NCBI RefSeq assembly: GCF_036321535.1
Contig: NC_087436.1
Span: 86,058,001-86,122,000 of the forward strand
DNA from: Camelus dromedarius
Lineage: Eukaryota
Direction of reading: 5' to 3'
Length of the DNA: 64,000 nucleotides
Shown here: piece after piece, positions 13,081-55,779 of the stretch
Position numbering within the stretch: position 1 is the stretch's first letter
Layout: the number at the start of each line of letters is the position of its first letter
Program-made: the position numbers and the translations under genes
The notes under the pieces: model-generated
Databases searched by the model: none
Seen by the model: only the letters and a program-made list of their open reading frames with translations
What the model was told of the DNA's origin: nothing

Positions 13081-14371
13081 GTCCAGGCTAAGGCACACAG
13101 CCTTCACTGTGAACGCCTTTATTGTCTCAGAATTTCAAACTATTTCTCTTGGGGGTAAGAGATGAAGGAAGGGGGCTCCTGTTCAGGGAATCCTTCTGAC
13201 TCTTTTAGGGTTCACAGAATCAAATATATATATATGTTGAGATCCACCAGAGTTATCACCAGGTATGAAAAAAACCTCTGCAAATCCAGTCTTTTTGCTG
13301 ATGATTATCTTTTCCACCGAGTAATAACATGACAAGTCATGTTAGGTGTAGACTCATGCCTTAATATTTAGGATTTAGGGGCTTGTTTATTTATTTTAAA
13401 TCCCATTACTTCAGAGGGCAGTTAATTGTTTTTAGTACAATGGATTAGGGAAGCTATTCAGTACACGGTTAAAAACTCTGACTTCCTGGAAGACACTACT
13501 TTTACTTTGTTCTCTATGTTCAGCTAAATTTAATCCACTAAAGCTATAACCGTATTTTCTAGAGAAACATGTTATTTAATAGAAATGTCAAAAACTGTCA
13601 AACTTGTCACCTACTTAGTAAGGATTTTTTTTTTAAATTGTGCTTTTTTTTGTAGGGAAAACGTATTACATATTACACATTTAGCATTACCGATAACAGT
13701 AGTATTATTATAAACGTAGATTACAATATGAAAATGAGTTGTCGGGTTTATAAATGACCCAAATCTAATAAACAAGGTTGGTTAATTATTATCCTTTATC
13801 TCTTTAACACTAAAAAAAAAAAAAATTAAATGCTATAGTACCAGTACCTTTTAAGGTTCAAAAGTGGTTTTGCATGTACTTCACAAGAAAGTTCAACAGC
13901 AGCTGATACCAGGTTTCCAGCAGGAAGTACATGGATGGGTTGAGTGGTCTCTTCAGAAGTCCAGAGAAGATAGTTAATACAAATCAAAACACATCCTTGG
14001 TTAGAGTTATTTACATAATTACAATGCTGGAGTTTTGTTGCAGTAAAAATTGTGTACGTTGGAATCTCACCAATGCCCTTGAAACACAAAGTTCGTCTTC
14101 CGTGGCCCATGATTTCCTTGTCCATCTACCTCCAAACTTCGCACGCCGCTGAGATGCTACTGAAGCATTGCGAGAGGCAACGCTGAAAAAGTTCATTTCA
14201 AAATAGCCCATTCCTTCCTATTCAGAAGGTTCCCTGAGGCCCTTGGCCGGGAACCCCTCTTCACACATCATCCAAGTCCTCTTCTCAAATTTTGCATTGC
14301 AATAAAGTGGTTTTCTTAAAAGGATCCAAGGTGGTTCCAGGAGAGTGGAGGGTCCCCCCCGAATCTGCCAG

Positions 14372-45030
<30,659 letters not shown>

Positions 45031-45170
45031 AGTTCTGGAAAACTGAAAAAGTCAAAAGTCAAACAGAAACAGGATTAGCCAATGAAACGAACCCTGAGCC
45101 TAGTTCTTTCTGAGCTTTGCACTATGCAGAAATGTTAACAGAATTATTTTAGTCAAAAACATTCTGGTTT

Positions 45171-45265
45171 GGCGAAGAGGGTACAGCTCAGTGGTAGAGT
45201 GCATGCCTAGCACACACAAGGTCCTGAGTTCAATCCCCAGTACCTCCACTGAAAAAAAAACCCCC
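45171..45265 (+). mobile_element. tRNA-derived SINE
   Basis: GGGTACAGCTCAGTGGTAGAGTGCATGCC...GAGTTCAATCCCCAGTACCTCC. Confidence 0.85.
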
Positions 45266-45296
45266 ACACACATCCTGGCTTAAGATTCCTGGTTAA

Positions 45297-45353
45297 CAGA
45301 AACTAACACAACATTGTAAACCAACTATACTCCAACTAAAGAAAAAAAAAAAA
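45297..45353 (+). mobile_element. 57-bp extreme 5'-truncated L1 with 15-bp TSD
   Basis: CAGAAACTAACACAACATTGTAAACCAACTATACTCCAA plus poly(A); AAGATTCCTGGTTAA at 45282-45296 and 45354-45368. Confidence 0.88.
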
Positions 45354-48300
45354 AAGATTCCTGGTTAAAACAGTCAAATGCCTAAGAAGCAGGAATGGGA
45401 TAGCCTGGTGCAGCCCCAGGATCATGACAGGAGCCGTCTGAAGGCAAAACCCTTTTGATTGCATGCAGCTTTCAAATTCCGCAAAGTCTCACTTTATTGT
45501 CTTGGAGTGTGTCCAAAAGCACAGAAGAACTGTTCTTTTTAAACCATTTAAATTAAAAATGCAAAAAACAAATAAACCTATGTATTTACTCAACTTCCAA
45601 ATTCAAGCTGCTTTCACTCAAAATGGGTTGTCATTTGCTTCGTGTTTCACTACAGAAAGTACATGAAGGTCACATCCTCTACCACCTTTGGGAAAGATGC
45701 TCGGGCTGCCAACAAATATCTTAATATTTAAGAGCCATTCTGGTCTAGAGGTTGTGAAAGTCACACTAGGCAGTGTCACTGGGAGGATACACTTTGTGAT
45801 ACACAGGCCTGTACCAGGCTCAGGCCTGGGCTCCCAGCACAAGTTCTCCTAGGACCTGCTGCACTCACAGTCTGGCTCGACAAAGCACAGAAAGCCCAGG
45901 GCACAGGCGTGGAAGGAGGAACACTAAAGGAAGTGAAGGGAGAGGAAATGAGAGAGAAAATTGTGACTAAATTCCTGTGTTTTGGGGAGGCAGCAAACCA
46001 GAGGATAAAATTCGCTGGGTGACTCGTTTTCACACAGGTAACACACAGTACCTGCAGAAACCAAATTCTCCGCTCTGATGTCCTGCAACAAATTCTGGGG
46101 GATGGAAGAGAAACAGAGAGATGGACAGTGAATGTCCCTAAGACACGAACAGGGAAAAGCAGTGCATGAGGAAGGAAGAATAATGGAAATTAAGGAAGGG
46201 AAAAATTGAAGGAGAGATCCTACTGCCCTGCAGTAAAACCACTGAAGAGTCTCTTCTGGTCCACCCTCTGAAAAGGCCCCTTTTCTTTCTCCTTGTCTTT
46301 GCATGCACACCCCACACATTTTATCATCTCCCCCTTCACTTCCCATGTGAAGTCATTGAAAAAATGATCTTCCCCAAGTCGAGAATGAGCTTGCAGGTGT
46401 AGGGGCCACTGAACACGCAAGTTTCAATTGAAGAGGCTCCACTGAGCCTCTTGGCCTGGGCTGTTCCAGGCTCCTGAGTGGCTCAAAACTCCAACTCGTG
46501 CTACGGAATGAGTTTGTAGGACTTAATCTGTTCCATCACTAACTTTGGAAACTAAGATGTGTGTACATGCTTCCTAAGTAAACTATGTAAAAAACAAAAT
46601 CAAAAAAAGGAGAAATTCAATGTATGCCCGGGTTTAGCCCTTGTTTGCCCACCCCCCTTTTTTTGGTTTGTTGGTTTGTTTGATTGGTTTTGGTTTTTTG
46701 GTTGGAGAGGATCCAGTAGATTAATAGTAGCCTAGTAGTTTTTGGTGGAGACTGAGCATATATTTTTGCTTGGAGGTGGCCAGGTGGCCTACTTGCAGAC
46801 ATCAGATTTCTGCCTCATTAAATTCTACCAGGAAAATGGAGGAGGAAGAAAAACAGAGTAAAAGATGGAATGCTGGTAACAGGGATGGAATGGGTTGGAC
46901 AGGAAAAAAAATGATAATTCTGTTTTCTCCAAGGCAGGAATGAGAAATCAGTATTTCCTAAGCCAAAGTTGTCATGTGTGTGCCATGTTTGTTAATAATA
47001 ACCCTGTGACATAGTTGATTTTAAAAAGTGCCGCCTGAGGCTCAGAGAAGTTTAGCAAAACACCGGAAATCACACAGCTGGTAATAAAGTCAGGATTCTA
47101 ACACCAAGTGTGTGTGATACAAAGCCCTTGCTCTCTCCAATCCGCCATATGGTCTCTCTAGGAAAGGTCAGTGTTTCAGCCCTGTGTGCTAACCCCTACC
47201 CCCCTACCCCCCAACCCCTATTGCCTAATGCAAATTGGGGCCCTGCCTTCCTTCTCTGCTCACTGCAATGAGAGAAGCACTGTGTGCTGTGAATCCAAAT
47301 GTCATCTGCACAGTGCTGGCTGGCTGATGGCTTCAGAGGATCCTGCCACGTACCCGGGGTACAGGGTTTCCTCACTGCTGTGGTGATGGGCACAGCGGGC
47401 CCCAGAGCCAGGCCAGCCAGCCTGATTTACCACAATTAGCAGTAACGGCCTGTGTATTTGTGCATATAAATATCAGCCTCCCACTGATAATCCACTTAGC
47501 GAACTTCAAAGGAGCCCTCGAGAGCCAGCTTGATGTCTTGGGTTTTATCACGTTTATATCCTGCATTTCTTTAGCAGGCCTTGCCAATGATGCATCTTTA
47601 AAGCATTCCCGAGCTTAAGAGAGGGGCTCCCTGCTTTTACAGCGCAGGCTTTGAGAAGCGTTTTGCCCTGGCCAGGCCCCACCAGATTTCCTACTGTGCA
47701 TCCAGATAGGGGAGACCCGCTGCCAGGAAGGATTACTTACTGACATACAAAGTGGGCAATGAAAACAGGGTCCCAGAGCAAGCGATAATGATGCAAATAC
47801 TGAGAACCAACATGTGTTTGCTTAAGATTTCAAACTCCCTTCTCTGATAAGAGTGGTTCTCTGGCTAGAAATCCAGGCGTATATGTGAAGTTTCGTGTCA
47901 TTACTCATCTGTAACTCAGACAATTTACTGGTGAATAACTGCAGAGTGTTAGCCCTACAGGGAGGTAACAGGAAACAACAGGACAGAATGGAGCCTTCCC
48001 TGCTGTCCTGGAGTGAGACTCTCTGGGAGTCTGTCTTGCTGCTTCCAGTGCTTTTCTACCCTGGAGTAAACGCTCATCCTTAATCAGTAACCCCTGTCTT
48101 AGAGCTTATCCAAAAGTCAGATGTGCAAATATAAACAGTTGAGGTTACAGATTTAGAAAAACACTGCACATTATGAGCCGGCAAGAATAAATCACTTTGC
48201 AAGGAGAAATAATGGATTTCATCCAAATCTTTTTTTTTTTAACTGTAATTATAGCTCTTATGCCAACTATATGTTGGATATACTGGACTTCAGCGTCAAC

Positions 48301-50199
48301 CTTCTATAATCACAACTCATTGCCATAGGTTAGAGAAACCATCAGAGAAAAGAGATTTCTGTCATGTTCACTCCCGCACCCCCATTCTCTTGTCCTTCAA
48401 GCCTTCTCTCAGAAGACATGATGGAAATGGCATTGGACTAGGTTCTGATCTCACATCTGACACCTAGTCCAACTCTCAGAACCCCAGTCTCTCCTTCTGT
48501 AAACCAGGACTAAGAACACCTGACTTTGCCGGCTGGCCTTACTGTATTACTATTATTACAAAGACTAAATTCTAGCTTTTAATTGAATGGGCTTCAGAAA
48601 CTGTTCCCTACTGTTTTTCATACTGACTCTTTTTTTTTTTCTTCCAGACTCTGAGGATGTTTTAGATGAGAGGGACAGCAGAGTGGCTACTTCAAATTCT
48701 AACTACTGTGGTAGTCCAGCAGAGGCCACCTGACCAGCCCTGCACCACCTGCATACTGAAGAATCGGATCTGAACTTGTATGCAGTGGAGACTGGTGTAG
48801 CTATCGAGACCATTTTAAGTTGAACCAATATTTACAGTCACGTAGTTGTAAACAGAGAAACAAATCTGTTTGCAGCCACTATTCTTTCTCTTTAACAAGT
48901 TGCCATCTCTTCCCTGCAAACAGAAGTGAAGGGCCATTAACTGTGACTCCAAAATCAAAGACAACGTGCTAAGCCGGAGAGCAAACAGGCCAAACAATGC
49001 AAGGGCACTGCTTCCAGGAGAGAAAGCAAGCACTCTTCTCATAAAGCCAGAGAGCTGGCTTCCTGATCACCAACTGCACAATGCAACCCGCGGCAGAGCC
49101 ACCGAATATTGAATTTCACCCCACCCTGGCATGATTAGAGGCCACAGAAGACTCTCTCACAGTCCCAAAAGCCACTGACGACTTCAAGATTCAGATTTCC
49201 AAGGTTCAGTTAATTTCAGTTCTCCCAAGTTAATTCTAACTGTGAAAATTATATATGCTGTTTTTTCCCTGTGACAAACGTTCTACTCGGTCTTGTAACT
49301 TCAGCCCAGGCAATCCAAACGCTGGTCTACCCTGGTGGCGACTTCAGCGAGGGTGTTTTTACTGGGATCTGCACCTCATCAGAGCCTGTTTTGTTTTTAT
49401 CTCCTTGAGTTCCCTTAGACATTCCAGTGATGGGTGGGGGCTGAAGTATTTTTACATGGGAATATTTTATGGGACAATCTGAGCTCATAAACCTTTCTGC
49501 TCTCTCTGGACCAGATTTTAACCATGGGAGATTAAAATGACATTTCCTTTTAACTGTCACCAAACTGGTATTACTCCTAATGGGACAGCCTTAGGTACAG
49601 CATCTTCCAGTACTCTTGAGCTCACCAAGCCCCTAGCCCTAGGGCTTCGCTCGTAAAAGGAAATGCAAATGCCCACGTATCTCCTTCCCAGGTCGGCTCT
49701 GATAATCAGATATGGGAGGTCAGTGCTTTGCTCATTACTTAAATGCAACGGATTAACAACTAAGGCGAAAGACTACCCAAAAGTCCATAAAATAAATGTT
49801 GTCAGCTCAATGATTCTTGCAACTTTATAGGAAAAGAAAATGAGTCATCATCTTTCACTTGATCCTACCAAGAGAAAAATTCATCTTCCTGAAGCGACGA
49901 CTTGCTTAGAAACTCGGCGAAGCCCATTCCAGCAAAGAATTGTTGCTGTTCTCAAATGCGACCAGCAGGTGGCAGTGTTGGTTCAAGGGATGGGCGGTCC
50001 CGGGTGTGTGCGGACGCAGATGCCGCTGCAAGTTCTGTGCTAAAATGTCCCAAATACTTACTTCCAAACTCTTCCCTTCTTGCGTTGTACTTTTGGGTTT
50101 CATGGTGACCTCAGTTCAAAGCCCGCAGAATAGATGCAGGAATAGGAAAACTGCCGACGAAAAAGGCCTAACACTCCACAGGGCCCCAGGAGAATTCGC

Positions 50200-53100
50200 T
50201 GGGAGACAGACATCATGATCATCATCACCATCACCATCATCCCTGCCAGCGGGTCCGCCAGGGCGACTGGGCCTCGGGAGCCAGGAAAATGGCGCTGCCA
50301 GTCCCAGGTCGCGTATAAGGTTCAGCAGGAAAAGCCACTCGGGAGGAGGTTGGGTGGTTCAGGGTTTTGTTTGGCGAAAGCTCTCCCCACCTCGAAGTTT
50401 CCGCCCACTCGGGGGAGGGAGACCACCTGGGCCGTGGTAGGTGGGAGCCGCGACGCCGTGGCCCGGCCGCGCTACCCAATCTGTTAGCAGGCCATTGTCA
50501 CCCCCTCGTAAACCCCCCGCGGGGGCCGCGGGGGCCGGGCAGCCCTGCAAATGAGGGCTAGTTGGAAAGGACTGTTCCTGTTGCACAATAACACAGGGTC
50601 GTAAAACAAACAAACAGCAAATGGCCGCCTGCTCGGCAGGAGAACTTTCGAGGGGCTTGAAAAACAAAAATCGGTAACCACGCACCCCTAAACGCGCCCG
50701 GAACTCTATGTCCTCCGCCTTCCTCCGCTTCCCCCCGCTTCCCCCACATTTAATTATTATGGCGCCCTCACCCACATCCCTAAACCCGGTAACCTCCGAC
50801 CCTCTAGCCTTCCCAGCTCCTCCCCGGCACACGCAGTGCCTGCCAGGCGTGTATCCGAGGCCTCCAGGAGGCGCCAAGTTGACCGAGGTTGGTCTTCCTG
50901 GGGCCCCTGGGTCTCAGCGCTGCGCTTCGACCCCGCGGCGGCGCCGACCGCCAGAGGCTGGCGGAGAGCGGGACGGTGCTCCGGACGCCCGCTAGAGGGC
51001 GCGGCAGCCCCACGAATCTTACCCGGCTCGCTCCTAGCTCCCGCCGGCCGCTCAGGCTCCGGGTCCCCGACAGCGCAGCGGGGACCGCGGCTCGCCCACC
51101 TTCGCCGGGGAGGTTCTGCGTTGGCACTGTCCGGCCTCTGGACCCACCACACCCAAACAAACACGGAGCGGGCCACTCCACCTCCCGCCGGTCCACGGCC
51201 TCGGCGGCTCGGTCACCCCGGGGCTGGGAGCAATGACCGCCGGCTCCCGGTTTTAGTGCACTCCTAGCCGCAGAACTGCGGCGGCCGCTGCGCCCCAGGC
51301 ACGACGCTTAGTGTTTGCATTGTTTTCGGCTGAGACCTCAGAGGGGGCCGGACGGGGTGGAGGGAGAAGGACTGGGGGGTTTAGGATTACAGTCGCGCGC
51401 CAGCGCCTCCTATGGGCCCGAAAGCGCCACGGCCGCGGGCAGCTACTCGCGGAGAAGGCCGCTCGAACCAAGGCTGCGCCCCCTCCGCTTTTAAGAACCC
51501 AGTCTTCCCCAGCGCCCACTTGCCTGACGTTCGCTTTGCCGAGGCTGCCTTGCGCACACGCGCGCCGCCTGCGCCCCTCACTCCCCTTTCGCCGGGAAGA
51601 CTACAGTAGGCAGGAAAGGAAGCACCCCAATTCCGAGGTGCTCTACCCACTCCAGTCTACTTTTCCAACGGATCCTTGGCTCACTGCTTAGTTTAAAACA
51701 AAAAGAAATGCCAACGAGCCACTTCAGCAGAAGACAAGCACCAGCGAGCCCGGACTAGAGAGCAGTGGGGAAAAAAACAATTTGCCCTGACTGCATCCCG
51801 CGCGGGAGGCGAGACCGCAGGACCTCCCCTACTTGCACCCCGACGGCTGATGATACGCGAGGACCCCACAAGACCAAATGCAAAGGAAGCTGAGAGCCGC
51901 ACCTTTCGGTCATCGAACCGGCTTTTGGTTTTTCCCCCAGAATTGCCGCTTTTCCACCAGCAACACATAACCCTGTCATAGCCCCCCGGGGGCCAGAGGG
52001 AGTCCCACCCACTGGGGTCTGCAGGAAGGCGCCGGCCACCACGTCCCCAGGACGCGTCCCGACGCTGCGCGCCGCCCACGGCTGGTCCCCAGGAGGCACA
52101 AAACGGGCCCGCCTCGGCGCCAGACGCGTTTGCAGCTGGAAAGCCTGGCCCGATGCCCCTCCCCCCTACCCCAACCCCCGCCCCCCTCCCAGTCCTCGCC
52201 CCTGGAGGAAAGCGGACCTGAGACTGGGAGTCGGGCTTCGCTTCGCGTCCCTCTCGGTTTAAGGGCTGGTGGAAGGGCCGAGGGGCAGCTAAGGGCTCCT
52301 TCCCGGTTCCTCCTCCCACCTCGTATTCTGTCTCCAACCCGCCACCCTGCTTGCTCTTGGGACTCCAGTCCTGGAGTCCAGCTACACTTGGGTCAAACCA
52401 AAAGCAAGAGTGTCCAAGAGTCCGAAGCAGGGACTCATCAGGGGGTCTGTGAGGCTGATCGGGCCTGAGCCTGTCGGGGAGTGGAGGAAGGGCCCACTTC
52501 ATCGTGAGGATTGTGGAAAGGAGGAAGCCAAGAGGGAAGAGATGCAAAACAGCAGCATCAGGGTCCAGGAGGGTCAGAGGGAGGTGGGGGTTGGGGATGG
52601 GAGGGAATGTTAAAACCCGAGCCAGCGCAGCAGCGAATGGGGTGCGCACGTCCGGGGCGCCTCTTGCTCCCCTCCGGCGGCCCTGGGCCTCCCTGGGCTC
52701 TGAGGTGTTAGTCCCGTGAACTGTGAGGCTCGTTGTCGTGCCCCGTTTGCCCTGGATGTCTCTCCCCGCTCTAAAAAGCTGCCTAGTTCTGGTCGAGAGA
52801 GACTGCGGCAAAGCGAGTCTGTCCAAAACGTTGAGCAATTCGGTTGCGGAGCCAAAAAGCCATTTCCCACACTGTGCAGCCCGGGGCTTTTCCAGGCAGC
52901 TGGGCTGGGCGCGGGGCAGTTCGGACCTGATAAGGGCCATTCATGCTCCCTCTCCAGCCCGGGTCTGCGTCTCATCCTTAGAGACGGAGTTAGTGGCAAG
53001 TTCTTCCAGGCACTCTTTCTGCACATCTTGGGTTCCTAGCAGGGCTAGGGGAGTAAAATGCGGTACGGGCGCTCTGACTGTGGGAGAGACGGACAGCGGA

Positions 53101-54350
53101 CAGACAACCCAGCGCTTCTTCCACGGCCGAGACGCTTGGCCAGGGCACTGGCAGCTCCTGCACACCTGGCCAGGCGGTCCGGGTTCCTGGCCCACTCAAG
53201 CAGCTAGACTCCGGTCGGGCCACACTCCCTCTCGCTCTGAGCTGGCCCAGACCCTTTCCTAACGGAACCGCTGATCCCAGTTGTTTCCGAGCCAAGTGGA
53301 CACCGCCCGCTCCCCTGGCGCTGCCTGGAGAAGTTAATCTCTCGTATAAAAGCCGATTTCCATGGGGATAGACGGTGGTGGAAGGCGGGGCGCTAGGAGA
53401 CGGCTCCGAAGCGAGCAGAGAGGAAGGAACAGAGAGTGGAACAGGGACACTAGAGAGGGTGAAGCAGTGCAGGGCGACTGCAGGCGGCGAGTGCCACGCA
53501 TCTCCGGTCTGAAAGGGGCACGAGAGGAGGGGTGCGGGGCTCGGTTGCCCCGAGGGAGGTAGTGAGGGCGGCTCGCCTCCCACCTTTCTGTCTTACCTGG
53601 AAGCCAAGTTTCTCCGTTTCGAGTTGTCCCTAACTTCACTCACAAGAAGTTTTGCACTTTTTTTGGCGACCTTCCTTCTTTCCTTCCCGCGGCCAGGACT
53701 GGGCAGCAGCAGAGTCCCGGTCTTTGCAGAAACGGTTCCACCGAGAAAGGGGGCGCGCAGAAATGAATGGGGGTGGAGACCACCGCGCACAATGAGATCC
53801 CCTTGGAGCACTGTTCGAATTCCTCAAATCCTAGTTGCTGGAATGCGAGGCGACGACGACTTCTTCACTCGGGGCCAAATGTGTTTGTCATTACTCCAGA
53901 CCGCCTGCCTGCCTGCCCGCCCTCGCCGCCGTCGCCCCCGCGCTGGGGCGCGCACCCTGAGCGCACTGCGGGGCTGGCGCCCGCTCTTCCTCACACTTCA
54001 CTGATCCCACAAACCACTAGGGATCTCCCCAAACCCTCGCCCATATCCGCGCCCCCTCTGCTCGTCTCGCAGCCGCCACGGTTGTGCTGAGTCTGGCCCG
54101 GCTCGCAGCGGGCGCAGCGCCGTCCAGTAATTACGCGCCCTGGTTCAGCCCCATGTGCACCCATCCGGCACCCAAGATCCGGCCCTCCCCAGCCAAGCCC
54201 TTCACGCCTCCGCTCCCCGCAACTCCTTCTGCGCCCCACTCCGCTCTCTTCTCTCCCCACCTCCCTCCGTCCTCCAGCCGCGCTCCACACCACCCGCTGC
54301 AGCGCGATCCCGCCAAACCGCGGGCAGGAATGAAAATACTCATTAAAAAC
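50200..54350. promoter_or_regulatory. CpG island(s) in the 5' part of PDGFRA intron 1
   Basis: Very high GC and CpG density by inspection, no recognisable interspersed repeats. Confidence 0.85.
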
Positions 54351-54770
54351 CTGTCGCCTTCCAGGACCCACTGCCAAGAAGAGGACAAACACCTCTGCTC
54401 CGACTCCCAGCATTACTTGGTGCTCGTCCCAGTATACACGAATACCACCCCCAATCCCAAAAGAAACCTCAAAAATGTAAGCCTAAACAATTTCTTTGGG
54501 ATGCTATAGAGTTGTTAGAAAAACACTGCTTTTTAAAAATAGCTCTGGAAAATGTGTTTTTAAAAATCCTTAGACTTTCGAACTCTATGGTTATCTTCCT
54601 TCCAAGTGAAGTTTATTCAAAATAAATTACTCTCTGGACACACAACTGGAATTCGACACCAATATTTTTTTTCTCATCGCCTAAAGTTTAAGTGAAGTTA
54701 CTTCACTTCTAGCCCAAAGGGCCTGCTTAGGGGCTTCTTAGAAACAAAAATCCTTTTTCTCCTCCCTTAC

Positions 54771-55088
54771 CTTCTCCTCCTATGTCAATTCGCAATGATA
54801 ATCCTACATATGGAGCAAAAACTGTGTCCACAGCCTTCAGTCCTCTCCTGTAGTCCCCTCCTCTGTTTCTCTCCCTCTAGCTCCAACTGTAATGGGCTCA
54901 AAAACCGCGTTTTGTAATTGATTCAATGTTATAGTCCATCCTTCTAAAACTAATCATTTGCTCTAAGTAAATAGCTGTCAGGAAATGAAGCCCCCCCCCC
55001 CTTGGCCTCTTCAAAATAAAAGTTTCCCTCGAACTCCGTGCGCTCTGAATCGTCCAGCCTCCAGATTGCGCCTTCGTTTTTCGCTCTT
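54771..55088 (-). other. PDGFRA: PDGFRA exon 1 (non-coding 5' UTR); TSS uncertain, from ~54893 (short form) to ~55088 (long form)
   Basis: Minus strand ends ...GGAGGAGAAG|GTAAGG (donor 54770-54769). The sequence resembles the human PDGFRA 5' UTR as I recall it. Confidence 0.85.
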
Positions 55089-55260
55089 ACGCAATCAGGG
55101 GGTCCAGCCCCAGCCCCCAGACTTCGACAACAACTGGGGGCGGGGAGAAGGAGACCAGATGGGGTGGGGGTGGTGGAAGGAGGAGGTGTTGATGCTCTGC
55201 CGGGAAAGAGGTTCGTGAAAATACAAACTGCCCATCATTTCCAGAATGAGTTTGCCTCCT
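54894..55260 (-). promoter_or_regulatory. PDGFRA core/proximal promoter
   Basis: Overlaps and precedes exon 1; AT-rich block with TAATTGATTCAAT, a C11 run at 54991-55001 and a GC box at about 55137-55145. Confidence 0.7.
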
Positions 55261-55779
55261 GATTTTCCTACGCTATGTTGCTTTGTAGCCTCTTTGAAAG
55301 TAAAAAAAAAAAAAAAAAAAAAAAAGTAAAATTGCAGTCAATGCCTGGAGGGAATATAAATCTGGAATCGAAGAGTGTCCCTTCTGTAAAATTCCTAGCC
55401 CAACTAGAAATGAGGCTGTCGGAAGAGGCTCTAAGCTGCTGCGTCGTTTTGAACCTGGGGTCTTTTAGGGAAAGTGCCGTGTAGTTGCTAATCCTTTAAC
55501 GGGATTAGGCAAACTGTTGAGTCTAATATGAAGATGATGGGTGTTTTTTGGTTTGGGGTTTTGTATAGTTTTGAAAACAAGTTTGAAGGAGGGTACAGAG
55601 AGTCGAGGGTCTAAGGAGGTTTGGCACGTTCTCCGACAGAACGACCTTTACTCCCTTGGAGTACTTATCTTGTCATGCCTTTGTTTTCATGGTTATCAGG
55701 GCGAGGTTGTCCTGGCTTCTATCACGCACACAAAAAGGCTTAAGATTGAGCGTTCGAGGAATCGTCTACAACCAGCCTG

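Larger units (their letters stand above)
11460..14371 (-). other. PDGFRA: PDGFRA 3' UTR (~2.9 kb)
   Basis: Follows the stop codon, is AU-rich, and ends ...GATCTTTATATTTCAATAAATAAG..., resembling the human mRNA end as recalled; cleavage site approximate. Confidence 0.8.

Noticed and set aside
51693..52940. 415-aa ATG-initiated ORF on the minus strand in intron 1
   Set aside because: It lies in a GC-rich CpG island where stops are rare, has Arg/Gly/Pro/Ala-rich composition, no recognisable domain, and many overlapping ORFs in other frames. PhyloCSF or Ribo-seq evidence would be needed to rescue it.
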